This document shows, piece after piece, positions 40,184 to 53,941 of a stretch of DNA of 64,000 nucleotides (positions within the stretch are counted from its first letter, which is position 1; every line of letters starts with the position of its first letter). A model generated the notes under the pieces. It did not search any database. It was not told the origin of the DNA and saw only the letters and a program-made list of their open reading frames with translations. The position numbers and the translations under genes are program-made. The stretch is from Bigelowiella natans CCMP2755 (Eukaryota; Protista; Cercozoa): NCBI GenBank assembly GCA_000320545.1, contig ADNK01001529.1, forward strand, positions 1-64,000, read 5' to 3'.

Positions 40184-43100
40184 GGACAAATATGAAATAT
40201 GGCCCAATTTGAAATTAATTTCATTCATACTCGCTGTCGTGGCTCTTCATACTTGCGAATACAGAACGATAACATTACATCATATACATATACAATTCTA
40301 ATAAATTTCATCCACAATTGTTGTATTTATGTGTGAAAGTTAAATCTTCCACCTTGTATCTGTTCGGATAGTCGTCCAGAAAAGCCTTGAACTCCTTGTA
40401 ATCCACCTTCCCTGACTTGTCCGTGTCAATCTGGTCCCATAGTTGCTTCTGGACTTTCATCGATACGTTTTCCAGCCCTGATTTTTCTAGGCACATGCCG
40501 AGTTCTTGGAACGAAATAAGGCGGTCTTTGTTCGTGTCAGCGATTCTCCACGCTGTCACTACCAGGTCCCACTTATCTCGAATTGTATTGCATACAGTGC
40601 CTAGATCAGGTTTATCAACCTTTGAAGCGGTCGGAGTCACACTTGCTGGAGAACCATCATCTGATTTCCGCAATGCTGCGTCTTTTGGCGCCGCTAATTG
40701 TTGGTCCGATTTACTCATACAACCGGCACTTTTCTCGCTCTTCTTCTCGCCCTTCAGAACTCGTTTCCTTCTCATTCTCGGTACGGGAGGCTTTAATTTT
40801 TTCCTTGGCAACACTGGTTGCTCCTCCACCGACATTTTCTTCCTTTCAACCTCTTCCTTTGCCTTCTTGCTCTTACCTTTTCCAGATGCAAGCTCCGACC
40901 TCGCCTTATTCCTAAGTTTAACGTGGCGGTCGAATTCCTTTAGCGCGGACTTTTTCGCATCCCGTAGCTCCTTCTCCAGTCGCCGCAGCTCTCGTTGCTC
41001 TCGTAAGGCTTGCATCGCTTGCTGCGACCGATGAGCGAGCTTCAACTGCGCGGCAATCACCTGCTCTCTTGATACACTGCTTGGGGTCTTACGGGTGCCA
41101 CCTTGATTTTTACCCCCTGTGAGTTTTCCCGTACCTCTGCTGCTAGTTGTGATGGGGGTAGCATCACTCAAACCACCTATTGATTCGGAAGCAACGCCTG
41201 GTGCGAGAGAAGTTGGGGCTATGGATAGAGATGAGGAGGGGTCTCCACTCCCCACCTGCTTTTTAACCACAGCAGTTTGGTTTTTCCTATCAGCAATACT
41301 ATCTTCAGGTTCATCGTATCCATCTCTTCCTCCTCCTCCTCCTCCCCCATGCCATTTTCCAGTCACATCCTCCATACTTTCCTCGCTCCTGTCCCCGTAC
41401 TTAATTTCCTCGTGTTCGCCCACAGCCCCGCTTCTTCCTTTCTCTTCCTCCTGAAGCATTCTAAGCAGAGCTTCCGTCGGCATTTGCAGCAGATCAACGA
41501 GACGATGACGTTTCGAAAGTTTCTGCACAATCTCATCTATCCCTTGCACCGTTACCGCCTTCATCTTTCGCAGCGCCCGCTTTCTGAGCGCTTCAACTGG
41601 TGTTTTTCTTTCCTGTCGTAAAGATGTCAGTTGATCCGATATCATTTCGCCACTCACCCCTCCTAGATGCTTGTCTATAACGGATGTAGTGGGATTTGCG
41701 ATACTCCGTGCCATAGCATTGTCACTAATCAACTCTTCGTCGTCATCGCCAATTACAACTTTTCTGTTTGCGCCGTTTTGGCTGTTTTGTTGTAGTTTCT
41801 TGGCGCCAATGCTGGCGATAGAGGTCTCATTCCGAGCAGCTAAGGCAGCACCGCTGTGCTTATTATCCTTCGCGAACTCTCCACGTTCACCATTCTTGAG
41901 TGATGCTATTGCGGGACCAGCCGGGGGGGGGACAGCGCCTGCATGTTTCGAACCGGACTTAGCGTCGTCGAACTGCTCCACAGGAGGCAGTATGGAGGCT
42001 GCCTCTCTTTTTTTCCCTCCTTCCCCTGAACTATGCACTTTGAGCATGCCTGCTTCTGATGCCGCCGCCGTTGGCTTCCTTGGCTTCCTTTGAACGAAGT
42101 CGCTACCACCGTCGTTGATATCGCCTTGTTTGGCCTCGCCATCGCCGTTGTTTTGTGGGAGAACAGTAATGACAGGGTTTGGCTCCTCAGTAACAGCGGG
42201 CAACAACCCAGACATTTGAGAGTCTTGGGGATCCTCATGAAGCAAGTCGCCTTTTTGATAATCATAAAGTTGATGATGGCATACAATACGACGAGCACGC
42301 GGATATACGCACACACATATATGCATAATACTAGTCAAAGTATTCCCTCCCTCACCCTTCTGTCTCCCCAACCGGTGTGCACAACTTAAGATCGTCATCG
42401 TCTAATCTCTCATCCCAAACCCACTTTGAGAGTCTTCTGCCGAGCTGCCACAACCATTTTCTAAGTGCGAAATATGTAAAGATCCGTGTTGGGAATCTGC
42501 ATCAGTTCCAGCATCCGAATACAGATCCTTCACTTCGTTTTCCTGGTGAGGCGTTTCGACCCCGGCTGCGGGCAGGGAGCTAGGCGCGTGGATGCCCAGC
42601 GACTCGACAGCTGAACCTTTTCAAAGCGTGTTCGTGTGTGTGTGTGTTTTGTGTGTGTGTGCGTGTGACATGAATTAGTTCATATTTTGACTAGCGTATA
42701 GATATGAGCCGCGGGTTCGCAAGGAAAGAGAGCTCAAAATAAGTGGTTTTCTGTGAGGAAACCATATATTTCATATATGCTGTAATGGTCATAATTATTT
42801 TCATCGAAGACCTGGCTCTTGCAGATCAGACCAGGAATTCAGATAGCCCTCCCGATACGGCATCGCATTCTGATCAATAATGTGAATGAGCGTTCTATGA
42901 GTGTGTGTGGCTGCTATGCCTGTCGTGTGTCGAGTGTGATGTGTTCTGTGTTGTATGTATTGTGTGCCTGTCTGCCTGTCTGTCTGTCTGTGTGGGTGGG
43001 TGGGAGTGACGTATCCTAAATCATCATCAAAAATAACAACAGCTTCTAAAGCAATACCCATAGAGTCGTATCAAATGTAGGCTCATTTCCGTTGACAGCA

Positions 43101-44386
43101 CCCACGTGCGGCATTTTCCCAAGGACATTGCGATTCACTCCCGAGGTATTCCTAAACATGTTTCAGAAAGTAAAAAATATTCGCAAATTGTACGTTTACA
43201 TCTGCAAAAGCAGTTGTTCAGAGTTTCCAATCATAGCTAAGTTTAACTCCACACAAGTTCATACGCACCATAGTGATTAGAAAAAGCGTTATCATTCTCA
43301 ATGAGCTATACTGTGCAGGCATAAAGCTCACACCTTTTGTTGCCGTCAATTGCTTTCTTTGTATTTTTGGATTTCGACACAGACGATGATGTCACCATAG
43401 GTTTCGTCGAGAGATTTGGAGCGTGTTTGCGTGCAGAGGCTCTCGTCTCTTGGACAAGCCTATGAGGAAGATATGAGAGAAGCTATTTGATATCTCCTCC
43501 ATAATGTGAGTGTTTGTGTGTGCGCTTTGTGAATTATTTTCTTTCTGTTTTAATATTTTCCTCCCATCCTCTTTAACCCAAACCTGTTTGCCTCCTGACG
43601 GATTTTCCGAAGCACCTTAGAAGCAACGAACACCAAAAATAAATCAGTACTTTGCTCGATATGTTGGACGTAATTTGTGCAAGGAATACTGCAACATAGA
43701 TAGTATTCATGTCGGGTGGGGATGCGAACTTATTAAAAAAGGGCAAAGCTTCCTACATCTTTCGGATTGCGATGAGACATGAACATTTTTTGTATCGTGG
43801 ACGTATCCCGAGCAGCGTTTTGTTCTTTCCGCGTCGTCATTTTTTGGCGACTACGAAACCTCTGTTTCTCCGCATATGCCCTCCTTCTTTCCACAGCCGC
43901 AATTGCACGGCTATGTGGCGTACCAGCATCGCCCAATGAGCGTTTGGCCTAATAATATGGGGTGAAACGAATGTTATCCTCCTTCTCTTTTAATCTAGAT
44001 GCTGCTGTTGCCGCCTAAAGCGAGTCTAACCTCCTCTCGGTAATGTCGGGGCACCGCCTGCTCTTTCTCGAAGTCTTCTCCATCAAAACGGTTACGGGAG
44101 CATGGCATGATGCTCCGTTTTGATTTTATCGTCTGAGAGAAATAGAAGGTTGTTATACAAAACTCTTCATCCCTATCTCGCTTCGTCTCTCCTCTGCTCT
44201 CTCCCTACCCTCTGCCTGTCTCTCATCTCTTTGTTGTCACCAACACAACACCTTCTGACCTGCTTTGTGGGTACGAAATTCCAAGATCCCATCCCAGGTA
44301 CATTATCTTTGGGATTCGAGCCACGATTTGCAGACTGCCCTGGAATTGCTACAGAATAGGAGAATATGAACATATATAAGAGAGCG

Positions 44387-44426
<40 letters not shown>

Positions 44427-44600
44427 GTGTCGAGACTGCTTTGAGCGATTACAACTGAGCAATGTTCTCCCAATGGAACCAGAGTTTCGAAAGTCACATC
44501 TATTAATAAATGCAACCGCTTGCATATGAAATCTCGTATCCGACGAGCTTTGCTGCCCCCCGTCCAGATCCGGGGCCTTCCCTGGGAAATTGAAACAAGG
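23610..44600 (-). CDS. Giant multi-exon scaffold protein (possibly more than one gene): three EF-hand pairs, SEA-like segment, coiled coils, SAM domain, long acidic disordered region, CEP350/DUF4378-like C-terminus
   Basis: Large minus-strand exons lie within ORFs 40308-42398, 39006-40133, 38058-38540, 36945-37673, 34421-35531, 32372-33065, 31693-32127, 25965-31490 and 25405-25956. EF hands: DTNKDRLISFQEL and DTDKSGKVDYKEF. SEA-like: FQRDIASAL..EILSLRPGSVYVRFRI. SAM (about 30130-30330): WDEKQVAAFV..FEENGVDGVGLLELSPEDLPVLGITQRLHARRLLREIEKI. MLFDAMNEEI occurs near 24260. Both ends are approximate. Confidence 0.7.
28690..29365 (-). repeat. Internal coding duplication (about 250 bp, about 400-420-bp offset) in the giant exon
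   Basis: DASVD(D/N)IEVSEDIGETEDVDAAEK..LQEQQKTEHDPQTVERIADNMIQTEVNNAV..MAFV.ASVEKRKAEA occurs twice with near-identical DNA and TA dinucleotides retained. Confidence 0.85.
38030..40591 (-). repeat. Triplicated EF-hand-pair module (about 235 bp); copies 1 and 3 also share the adjacent intron
   Basis: Copies at about 38105-38341, 39170-39400 and 40355-40591 are nearly identical. 38030-38104 matches 40280-40354 (2250-bp offset). Confidence 0.92.
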
Positions 44601-45889
44601 ATTCTATAAGTACTTCAAATACGAAAATATTGAACCCGGAAAATTTATTTGAATTGCATTATCTAATACTGATACGAAAGTTAACAGTATTTTGGTGCAA
44701 GTCAAAAAGATGATGTCACAACCGTGGCAGTTCTCCCCTACCACCAGCAGATGATGGAATCTGCATCCCCTCCAAGCGGCCTTCAACCGTTGGTTCTCCA
44801 AGATTGTACTTTTTCATTGGCGGTGGATGGTCTGGTTGCGCGTATCTTCTGAATTGAGAAGCTTTTCGGCTTCAAGCTCGTCCGGATGTCATGCGGTCAA
44901 CCTTCCGAGAGTGAAAGGTGTGATCCAAGACATAAAATTAAAGATGTGAACAGGATAGCTAAAACTTCTATAACCCACAATTACAACCCTCAGACCCTCC
45001 TTTTATCACTCCTCTGTGCCCCTTCAGGAGAGAACGAGTGTGCTAATTTAGGGGGATAGGAACCTTCCAATTTACAACTTCCCGAATGTTATCTGGGTGT
45101 TGAAAAAGGGTATTTTCGAAATACATTTGATTTTGCGGATGCGTCTGCGTTTTTTCAAGCCATAATTTGATAGAGAGACCTGAATCTGGAATTCCCTCGC
45201 CCGTTTTAAAGATAGTGGATCTTAATCTCGGTGCCCTAATACCTTCCCGCCGTTTTGATTTTATGCTCGCCTGAGGGCAGGATGTGCTTGCTAATTTACA
45301 CACTGCGACAACAATTTAAAAGTTACCGCTTCAAAGAAAACCCACGGCGTCTATTATTACGGCAATTTCACTCAGTCTCCAGTCTCCAACCTCGCACACC
45401 TCGTAGCATCAGGTGCTCCTTAGCAGCTTTTAGGTGAGAGCTACGGCGCCTCGGGCCCTCCCTGGGAATTCCCTTTTGGCAGGGTATATCGCAGATCGGA
45501 TTTTGAAGTAAACATGATCTGAGTACACGTCCATGCGGCCGCTAAATTGGTCATGAAGCAATAAGAAGGAGAGAGACAGAAAAGAACAGAATACCGACCA
45601 ACCCGCCGCAGTTCAATGTTAAATCGGTTGCGCTACGGGAAAATTGTCGATATCATTGGAGGAGGACCACAGGTGTGACAGCGCTGTCTCTCGCTGTTAA
45701 GCGCTGAAGTCTTGTGCTTCATCTTCAGTTTGGCCAACTAAAATTGCCTTTGTAAACCAAGGAGGCCGGGTGCCCGTGCTGTGGAGTCTTTGGTATGGAT
45801 GGGAGGGATATCAAGGTAGCGTCAGACATTATGTAGCTTGTTGCAGCGGTAAAGGGGATTTATGTATGTCTTTATGATCTGCCATTTAG

Positions 45890-46334
45890 GACCGAATGAT
45901 GGTCCCAGCTCGACCAGAGGCATGGAAGAAGGGGGGGGGCTTAAACATAGCATCAAAGAATCCCGAATCTAAGGAGAGTGAGAGTTTGGAGGGAAAAAAG
46001 AAGGAGGAGAAGGCGAAGAGATCATTCTCTATCTTCTCCTACCAAACAACGTCACAGTTGTTATGCTCGAAAGCAAACTTCCCGAAATCCGTGCCATCGG
46101 CATTAAAGTAAGCACTTGCAAGCAAAACTTGAAAACGGAAAAAATTGAAAACGGAAAAAATGTCAACATATGGTATAAAGTGTGATATATGTTTAGAGAG
46201 GGGAGAAAAAGAGAGAGAGAAGATGGGATTTCATATGTATTTTATATGAAAAGACACGTTTGCGCGTCTGTAAGTGTATAATTTATATTAATTATAATTT
46301 GTATTTTCACACACACACGCACACACATATATAA

Positions 46335-46393
<59 letters not shown>

Positions 46394-47865
46394 AAAATAC
46401 AAAATACAAAATACATATAGCAAAGCAAGTGCGTGCAAGGGAAATAGCAACTAGGAGTCACTTAAGGAACTCTCTCTCCCTCTTTTGCCGCAGGTGGAAA
46501 AACAGGGCAAGAACCTTGCTTTCCGAAATCGTGTTGCGGAAAGCAGGTAGCAGCACGTCACATGTTCTATGATATATAGCGTATATTTGAATATATTTGT
46601 GGCGTGAGTGGTACAGCTTTGTGTTTTGGGAAATAATACTTTGGTTTTATCTACAATATACAAATATATATATATATATATATATATATTAATCTAATCA
46701 TCGACATCGTTGCTATTTAATATCTTGTAAAGACGTCGTATGCCTGCAAGGACTCGATGAAAACCGAGTGCTCTCCTTCTGGGTCAAACGGCTTGCTCAA
46801 TACGGGTACGCGATGATCCCTCCCCCTGGGCAACAAGAACACCGAAATCATACCCAGAGAGATGCTCTTGCTCCTGGTGTCCCTGCGACGGCTGGGAGTG
46901 GGAAAGAAGGGCAAGGCGGTGACAGTAAAGCTGTTAACAGTGACAAAAACAGGAGCAGCAGCAGCGACTACAAAAAGCGGGCAGGTACCTCTTCTCAGTC
47001 CGCACATTCCCATCGCCGCAATCCCTGCCGCGTGGTTTCGACTGTGTTTTACCAAAGACGTATCTTTACCTGCGACATGTCTTTTCGGGCCCATGATGAC
47101 AGAATAGCAGGTTGTCTCCTCCGTTTTAGAGAGGCGGGCGACCAGGACAATAGCAATGGTGGTGGTTTTTACGGGAGCAGCAGTAGTAGCAGCAGCAGCA
47201 GCAGCAGCAGCAGCGATGTCTCAAACAAAAGCAGTGGTGGCAATTCTCATGGGAGCAGAAACACGAACGATCGCCAAAGCCCAAAGAGAGCCGTCACGCT
47301 GACGAAGGCGTTGATGGTGGTGAGCACCGACCTCAGCATCACTAAAAAGCGCAATGACGATAGCCAAGGAGCTCATGATGATGGAGGAGAAAGAGGCGGA
47401 ACAGGCTGTGAGCAGGGCAAGTCCTCTCCTTCCCCCTTGGACCCAGTAGGCATTGTGCGGCACTTTCTGGAAGAGATAGGCGAGAAACATGGCAAAGACA
47501 TAACCGTCGTGGTCGCCGGGGACTTTGGCACTGACTTCGAACCTGGGAGCTCAAAGTATAAGAGGTTTGTTAATAGCAGTGGGGAAGGAAAAAATGGTGG
47601 CAAGGAAAACGACGAAGAGGGAGGGGATTCGCTGTCGCCTGTACAGTTTTTGGACAGCTATGCCTTCAGATTGCAAAATGGGGGCTTTGCAACTGCCTTC
47701 CCGCCGGAATCGGAGCCAAGCGTCACAGACTTCATCTTCTGCATGCAGGGTAATACGCAATTTTGCGGTTTTCTTTAATGATTGCGGGGTACGTTTTGTT
47801 GAAAATGCCATTCGATATGCCGCTGATATGCTGCGCATATATCCATGAGTTTGTGTGTGTGTGTA

Positions 47866-47924
<59 letters not shown>

Positions 47925-48276
47925 TAATGCATGTATGTTACGAAGATAAGGGGGTTTATTATCGCCCACTGGGCCCCGTATAACCATGTGCCTATGTGTC
48001 GAAAAAGCTCCCGAAATTAAAATGCATCAGTAGCATGAGGGCGAGATTCATCCAACATCTCTTTCTTTGTGCCATACTGCCACACATATACCTCAACACG
48101 TTATCATTATTATGCGCGACTGTTCTGTTTCTTCTCTCTCCATTACCATCATATATGCCTATGTCTTCCACGCAGATGGTCGTTTGGTTGTAGACGATGT
48201 TTTAGAACTCCAGCATCAAAAGGCTCTCCTCGGTAGTGCTAGTAGTGGGATCTCTTACTATGCAACAGTAGTTTAA
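45890..48276 (+). CDS. CCR4/nocturnin/angel-like EEP-fold protein with degenerate active site; further 5' exons probably from about 44700
   Basis: Spliced: FSIFSYQTTSQLLCSKANFPKSVPSALK|WKNRARTLLSEIVLRKA|DVVCLQG...STVFYQRRIF...LMVVSTDL...VVVAGDFGT...FLDSY...VTDFIFC. The EEP motif order is intact. Confidence 0.75.
46341..46391. repeat. (TA)n microsatellite, an example of the many (TA)n, (CA/TG)n, (CT/AG)n and trinucleotide runs in introns
   Basis: Seen directly. Similar (TA)n runs occur near 5320, 9765, 10900, 11370, 25120, 25985, 39050, 50880, 52405, 53750 and 59670. Confidence 0.95.
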
Positions 48277-48402
48277 ATTGATAATAACTATTACAATAAT
48301 GAAGAAGATGCGCCAGGCAAACTATGCTAATCGCCTTGGGAGATAACATTTTTACTCAATTTGCTTCAAGTGTTCGTATCAACAATAATGTTAGCATCAT
48401 CT

Positions 48403-48441
<39 letters not shown>

Positions 48442-48719
48442 ACATATGGCCAGAATCTGAAGGTGCTCTGCCCAGTCCAAACTTTGGCTCTTTCCATCTC
48501 AGCTTGTGTGCGCTCATACACACCTCAGCATTGGCTTAGGAATTGATTATTAGCCAAAGCCTCATCTCAGGATAAATTATTGTACATGCATGTTCAATGA
48601 ATGAGTTGCAAGATTGTACAGAGTTGCATTGTCATTGATGAGATGCCTGATGTGCATTTGAGGAGGGGGGGTTCCATGCGGTATCGTATGTCCGGAATGA
48701 TGTCCCTGCCCCACTCGAT

Positions 48720-49550
48720 GCGCTCGCCAGCTAGCATTGCCGTGTCAAGCTTATTGCAACAGACAAAGTGCATCCCATTCACACATGCTAACATGGCGAG
48801 GTGCTAGTTGACATCTGCGCATCGCAGCTTTGCGTGGCCACACTCATTTGCATGATGATGATTAGCTCGTTTGCACTGCAGTGCGGCTAGCTAGCATGGT
48901 CCATGCGTCATCATCATTGCCTCGCTACATCGCGAGTCCACGCACTAGCTAGGAGCAGTTGTGGCGCTCGATCACGCTGCCATGCAAGTGCTAGCGTGCA
49001 AAGCTGGCCATCCTCCATTCGACCGTCACGAACATAATCGTCGGAAGCTGTGACTCCAACGCATTCAAAAGGGTGTGCTTCGTTCAAGTCTAGCTAGCTA
49101 GTGGTGTCGTTCCACACCATTCTGGCATTGTTGTTGCTCGCACCAAGCTACCTAGCTACGCTAGCAAGGACGATGTGCGGGTGGCTTTCGTGCTCAGGTG
49201 CTGGTGAACCATGAAAGGGCAGTGTGCAAGCTTTGTGCAAGCAAGCTTTGCAGTGCGCCCACACAACGTCTCACACCGTCGTGAGCGCACCAGCTAGCGC
49301 AGCGTGATTTGGTGGTGGCAACGACGACGTCAGACGTGCTGCTACGTGTAGCGTGTGACGGAGCGCGCGCAAAACGATTTTTGCACATGTAGCCGTGCAT
49401 GCATGAATGAATGAATCTGAAGTGAATCCAATGAGGCGATCTGAGAGGATCGCATGGGAGAGAGTGTGCCACACACAATTTCAAAAAATGTGTCCAGGGT
49501 GTCTGCTTGCACGAGCGCATGAGTCGGCGTGACATCGAAATTTTGTTTTC
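48720..49550. other. TpA-depleted, CTAG-enriched intergenic island
   Basis: About 13 CTAG in 48720-49300, including CTAGCTAGCTAG near 49090. Few other TA. Confidence 0.75.
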
Positions 49551-49654
49551 CAAAAATTAAAAATTCGGAGCAGTGTGGTGCAAGGCACACACCAACGGAC
49601 AACAACAATCCCACGAGCAGCGATGGAACCCGGAAAACGATACCCGTAGCGTCC

Positions 49655-50573
49655 ATGAGCAAGGCTGGCGACAATACCCTCCCGGGCCCACCCAAACCTC
49701 GGCGGTCTACCCGTGCAAAAGCATGGGGGGCTCTTTCGCATCGTATGCAGAAGCTTTTCTTCTCGAAGACTAGCAAGGTACCGACGGGCTTGGTGTAGCC
49801 AGGGTCAGATCCAATGAAGTCTCACTCGTCGCTGAATGCATAATTTCAGGAGCAAAAGTGGGGTCGCTACACCCTGACGCGTGTTCATGCCTCGCCGAAC
49901 ATCTATATCATCGACAACTTCCTTTCTGACAAGGAGATATGCCACCTTGGGAAGTACGTGGACACTGCCCCCTCCTCCTCCTCCTCCTCTTCCCTTTTCT
50001 TCTGGCAGTTTAAGTACCAGCTGCAATGGTCTTATAATATCCCCGATGCGTTCAGGTTTGCTGATGGATCCACATTCAAACGGTCTTACACTGATACGGA
50101 GAACGGTCATAGAACGTCGTCAGCAGCCTCATCTTCCCTCATGTCACTCTCTTGCCTACCGAGTGCTCTCCGCGCCGTCAAAACACCACCGGCGTAGCAT
50201 TTGTATTCCCCCCCCCCCCGCCGCTTATCGGGTATTTCTAATCGTTATGCAGGTGAGAAGGTCGTTTCTTCTGAACGAACCTCTTGTTTCACGTGGCTCG
50301 CAAAACAGCAAGACTCTGTCATCCAGAGAATAGAGGTATTAGGGAAGCGACGTGTAATGGGATGGACCAGTAAGGCGACACACGCTTGGGCATGCTCCTC
50401 GATTTTTGCAACCAAATGTGCGTTGTCTTGACAGCGTGGTTTGACTAGCACCCTGTATTCTTAGGCGCGCGCTGGAGAGATTCTAGGATACTCGGATATC
50501 AACGTCGAGCCTTTCCAACTGGTGCGTAAGGAAAAATTAGGGAAGGGGGGGGGTTGCAGCTTCTGAGCTACGG

Positions 50574-50623
<50 letters not shown>

Positions 50624-50867
50624 CTGCTGCTGCTGGGCTTGATTTCTAGGTACGCTATACGCAAGGGCAGATGTTCAAAACGCACCACGACATGGTAAGA
50701 GCAACCAGCGGTTCCAACTCACGACACTGCCCATTCATCGTCGTTCGTAGTGTGCTGATCCTGCCTCTTCCATTACTACCCGATTTATTGCATGCTACAG
50801 GGGCCAATTGTCGACGACGAGGGCATCCAAATTGTAATAATCAAGGAGCTTCCGATCCTTATAATAT

Positions 50868-50914
<47 letters not shown>

Positions 50915-51263
50915 TGTGTGTGTGTGTGTGTATAATATTCTCACATTATTCCATCATTACTGGATCATCCGCATTTCCAGTGATTTATTAGCCTAACCTT
51001 TCTATGCAATCTGGCTTCTTCTTCTTCTTCTTTGCTACCAACAGATTCCTCCGCGACGCTTAGCCACGTTCTTCATCTACCTCAACACAACGCCTCGTGG
51101 CCAAGGGTAGCAGTGCTCGTAATTACGTAAAAATACATACTACAAGTGTCAACGAAAACAGGGTGCGCAAGGGGAAGAATTGAGAACCGGGATAGCGCTC
51201 CTATATGGCTGCGGGGGAGTCAGTGCGATCGCGCTTGAATCGCAAGCTGCCAGTCTCTTTCTT

Positions 51264-51305
<42 letters not shown>

Positions 51306-52400
51306 TGTATCCTTGTGAATAATGAACGGTCGGAGATGTACCGAGTTCCCTCTTCTAGATACGGTTGTTTGCCCAAGGCGGGGAAGGGCCTTACTCTTTT
51401 CGAATGTGGAGGCATCGGTGAGCAACATCCACCCGTGTGCGTGTGCGTGTGCGTGTGCGTGTGCGTGTTGATACTCTTCATTTCATTTCCTTTCCTCTAT
51501 TCGCAACCGTTTACACCAGAGCGAACATCGTGTGGGAGGGAAAATATGAGATCCAACACAGATAGCTGTCTGCTTGCACTGCTCTTTCTTGCTCTCGCTC
51601 TCCCTCTCCCCCTCCCTCTCCCTCTTTGTTACTTTCTCTACTACGGTAGGGAGAGGCAGATCCTCTAACCGTTCATAGAGCCAATCCAGTGGGAGCAGGA
51701 GTCGTCAAGTGATAATAACAATACATAGAGCATCAATACTCGAATCGCACTCATACTCACGCCCACGCTCCTCCCATACATTCTTCACTTCGATAGTCAT
51801 AAGAAATAGGTCATCAGCGCTAGCATGCTTTGATGGCACGTACGTGCCGATTTGCTGTGCAGTCATCATCTGAATGTACGTGCAGGTATGGGATGAATAT
51901 CTGGGTAATGACCCTCCACGACTTAAGTGCAATTTTTGGCCCCAGGGGGTGAAAGGCTGCCAAAATAAGCAATGCCACACAAGGACAACAACAACAACAA
52001 CAACAACAACAACCTCGATAGAAGCACGCCCATGCATACATACAAAATATAACCGCTGCTCTCGTCATTTTCTTCTTCTCCTTCTTCTTCTTATCATTAT
52101 TATTATTAATGATAATACCAATGTTGTTCGTTTTCCCTTATCTCTTCCTCATCACTGCCATCCATCCAAGGTCAACGAGAAAAGCATGCAGGGCTTTGTT
52201 TTCGTCTCGAGGAAACCACCGAGGCAGCCTGCGGAAAGAGCCAACGCGGGAGCAACAGAGGCAAGGAAGATTAAGAAGAAGAAGAAGAAGAAAAGAGGGA
52301 AGATGAAAGAGGACGCCGATAGATCACCGCGTGGTAGGAAAACAGTGTTTACACGCACGCACGCACGCACACACACACACACACACACACGCTTTTGTAT

Positions 52401-52440
<40 letters not shown>

Positions 52441-52851
52441 TTCCACAGCAATCCCCTCCCACTGAAGCTGCCTTACCCCCCCACATCTTTCTTCTGCTAT
52501 CATCCGTATGCAATCTGTAACAACCTCAATCTACCTTGCAGCCAGGCGCTATTTCTTCCGCGTCCCCGCTACTTCGTCTTTCTATGTGAATGCATTTTGG
52601 CGACCTGCTGATGCTGCCACGCTGTTTTTAACATCAGAGGACGACGCGAAGGCACGTAATAGGAAGAAGAGGCATGTGAGCGTAGTTGCGACGATACAGA
52701 AGAATCTTTTCTCAGAGGAGGAGGTTCGTGCTTCCGATATATCATCTTTCTTCGCTTATAGTAGCATAGGAGGAGGAGGAGGAGGAGGAGGAGGAGGAGG
52801 AGGAGGAGGAGGAGACGTATGTGGGAAAACACGTGGGGTGGTTTTCTTCTC

Positions 52852-52899
<48 letters not shown>

Positions 52900-53744
52900 C
52901 TCCCCCTCGCTCTTTCAACCTTCAACTCGTATCATATTATCCTAGATCGACGTAGCTGTTTGCCAAATTTGTGGCTGTGAGGGTAATTGCAGCTTCCCAT
53001 AGCAGGCCATTCAAAAATGCCATTAAAAATCAAAAAAAGTGTTCCAGAATCATCTGTTTTCAAGGACAGAGATGAAATCTGTCAAGCTTCGGATAAATAG
53101 CGCCTCTCTTTCTTGCCTTCCTATTTCTCTTTCTGTCTTTTGCCGCACTGTTGCTGATTTGGGGCCGTGACCTAGCCTTCGCGCACGGCACACCCTTCCT
53201 TCAGTACGACGAGCCAAATACGCACTCGATCTGAAACTGGAGACTCAGGGCTGGTAGCGGTGGGCAACACTAATTACAACAATGCTCGAATAGGTGATAC
53301 TTCGAGGCTCCTCCTGTGCGACTGGTGTGATGCCGGTACATCTAGAGAGGGAGAGGGAGAGAGGGAGGGAGAGAGAGAGAGAGGGGGGGGGGGGGGGGGG
53401 CATCAGGATTGAAAGATGGGTGGTCTCAATCGTTTCAGGGGTGTAAATCCCACATCATAGGGCAGCCTATGCTGCCTTACAACCTAGCTCAGATATACCT
53501 CGATCATGCTGCGAGTGAGAGGGTGCTCCGTAGGCTGTTTTAAGCGTAAATTCTTCGTGCATGACTATCGAGTTCAAGCACGATTTCTGGTCGAATTGTG
53601 CCTGCCTGCCTGCCTGCCTTAGGGTACCACACTGGGTGTTTGAGGCCATCTTTAGACAGGGTTCCTTCCAACGATTGGTCCTATTGTAGCCAGAACACGA
53701 GTGAACATTACATATATTATAATTAATATAAATAAATATATACA

Positions 53745-53784
<40 letters not shown>

Positions 53785-53896
53785 TATATTTTATCCCTCG
53801 ATGTGTAATGTGTGTCTGCATTTGTGTGTGTGTGTGTGTGTGTCAAGCCAATGTGTCAGTGTGAGCAGACGAATGATCACATTCCTTCAATTCCTT

Positions 53897-53941
<45 letters not shown>

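Noticed and set aside
26166-42389. Plus-strand ORFs opposite the giant gene (e.g. 26733-27734, 39226-39948, 40417-41034)
   Set aside because: They are antisense shadows of long minus-strand exons and carry no motifs.
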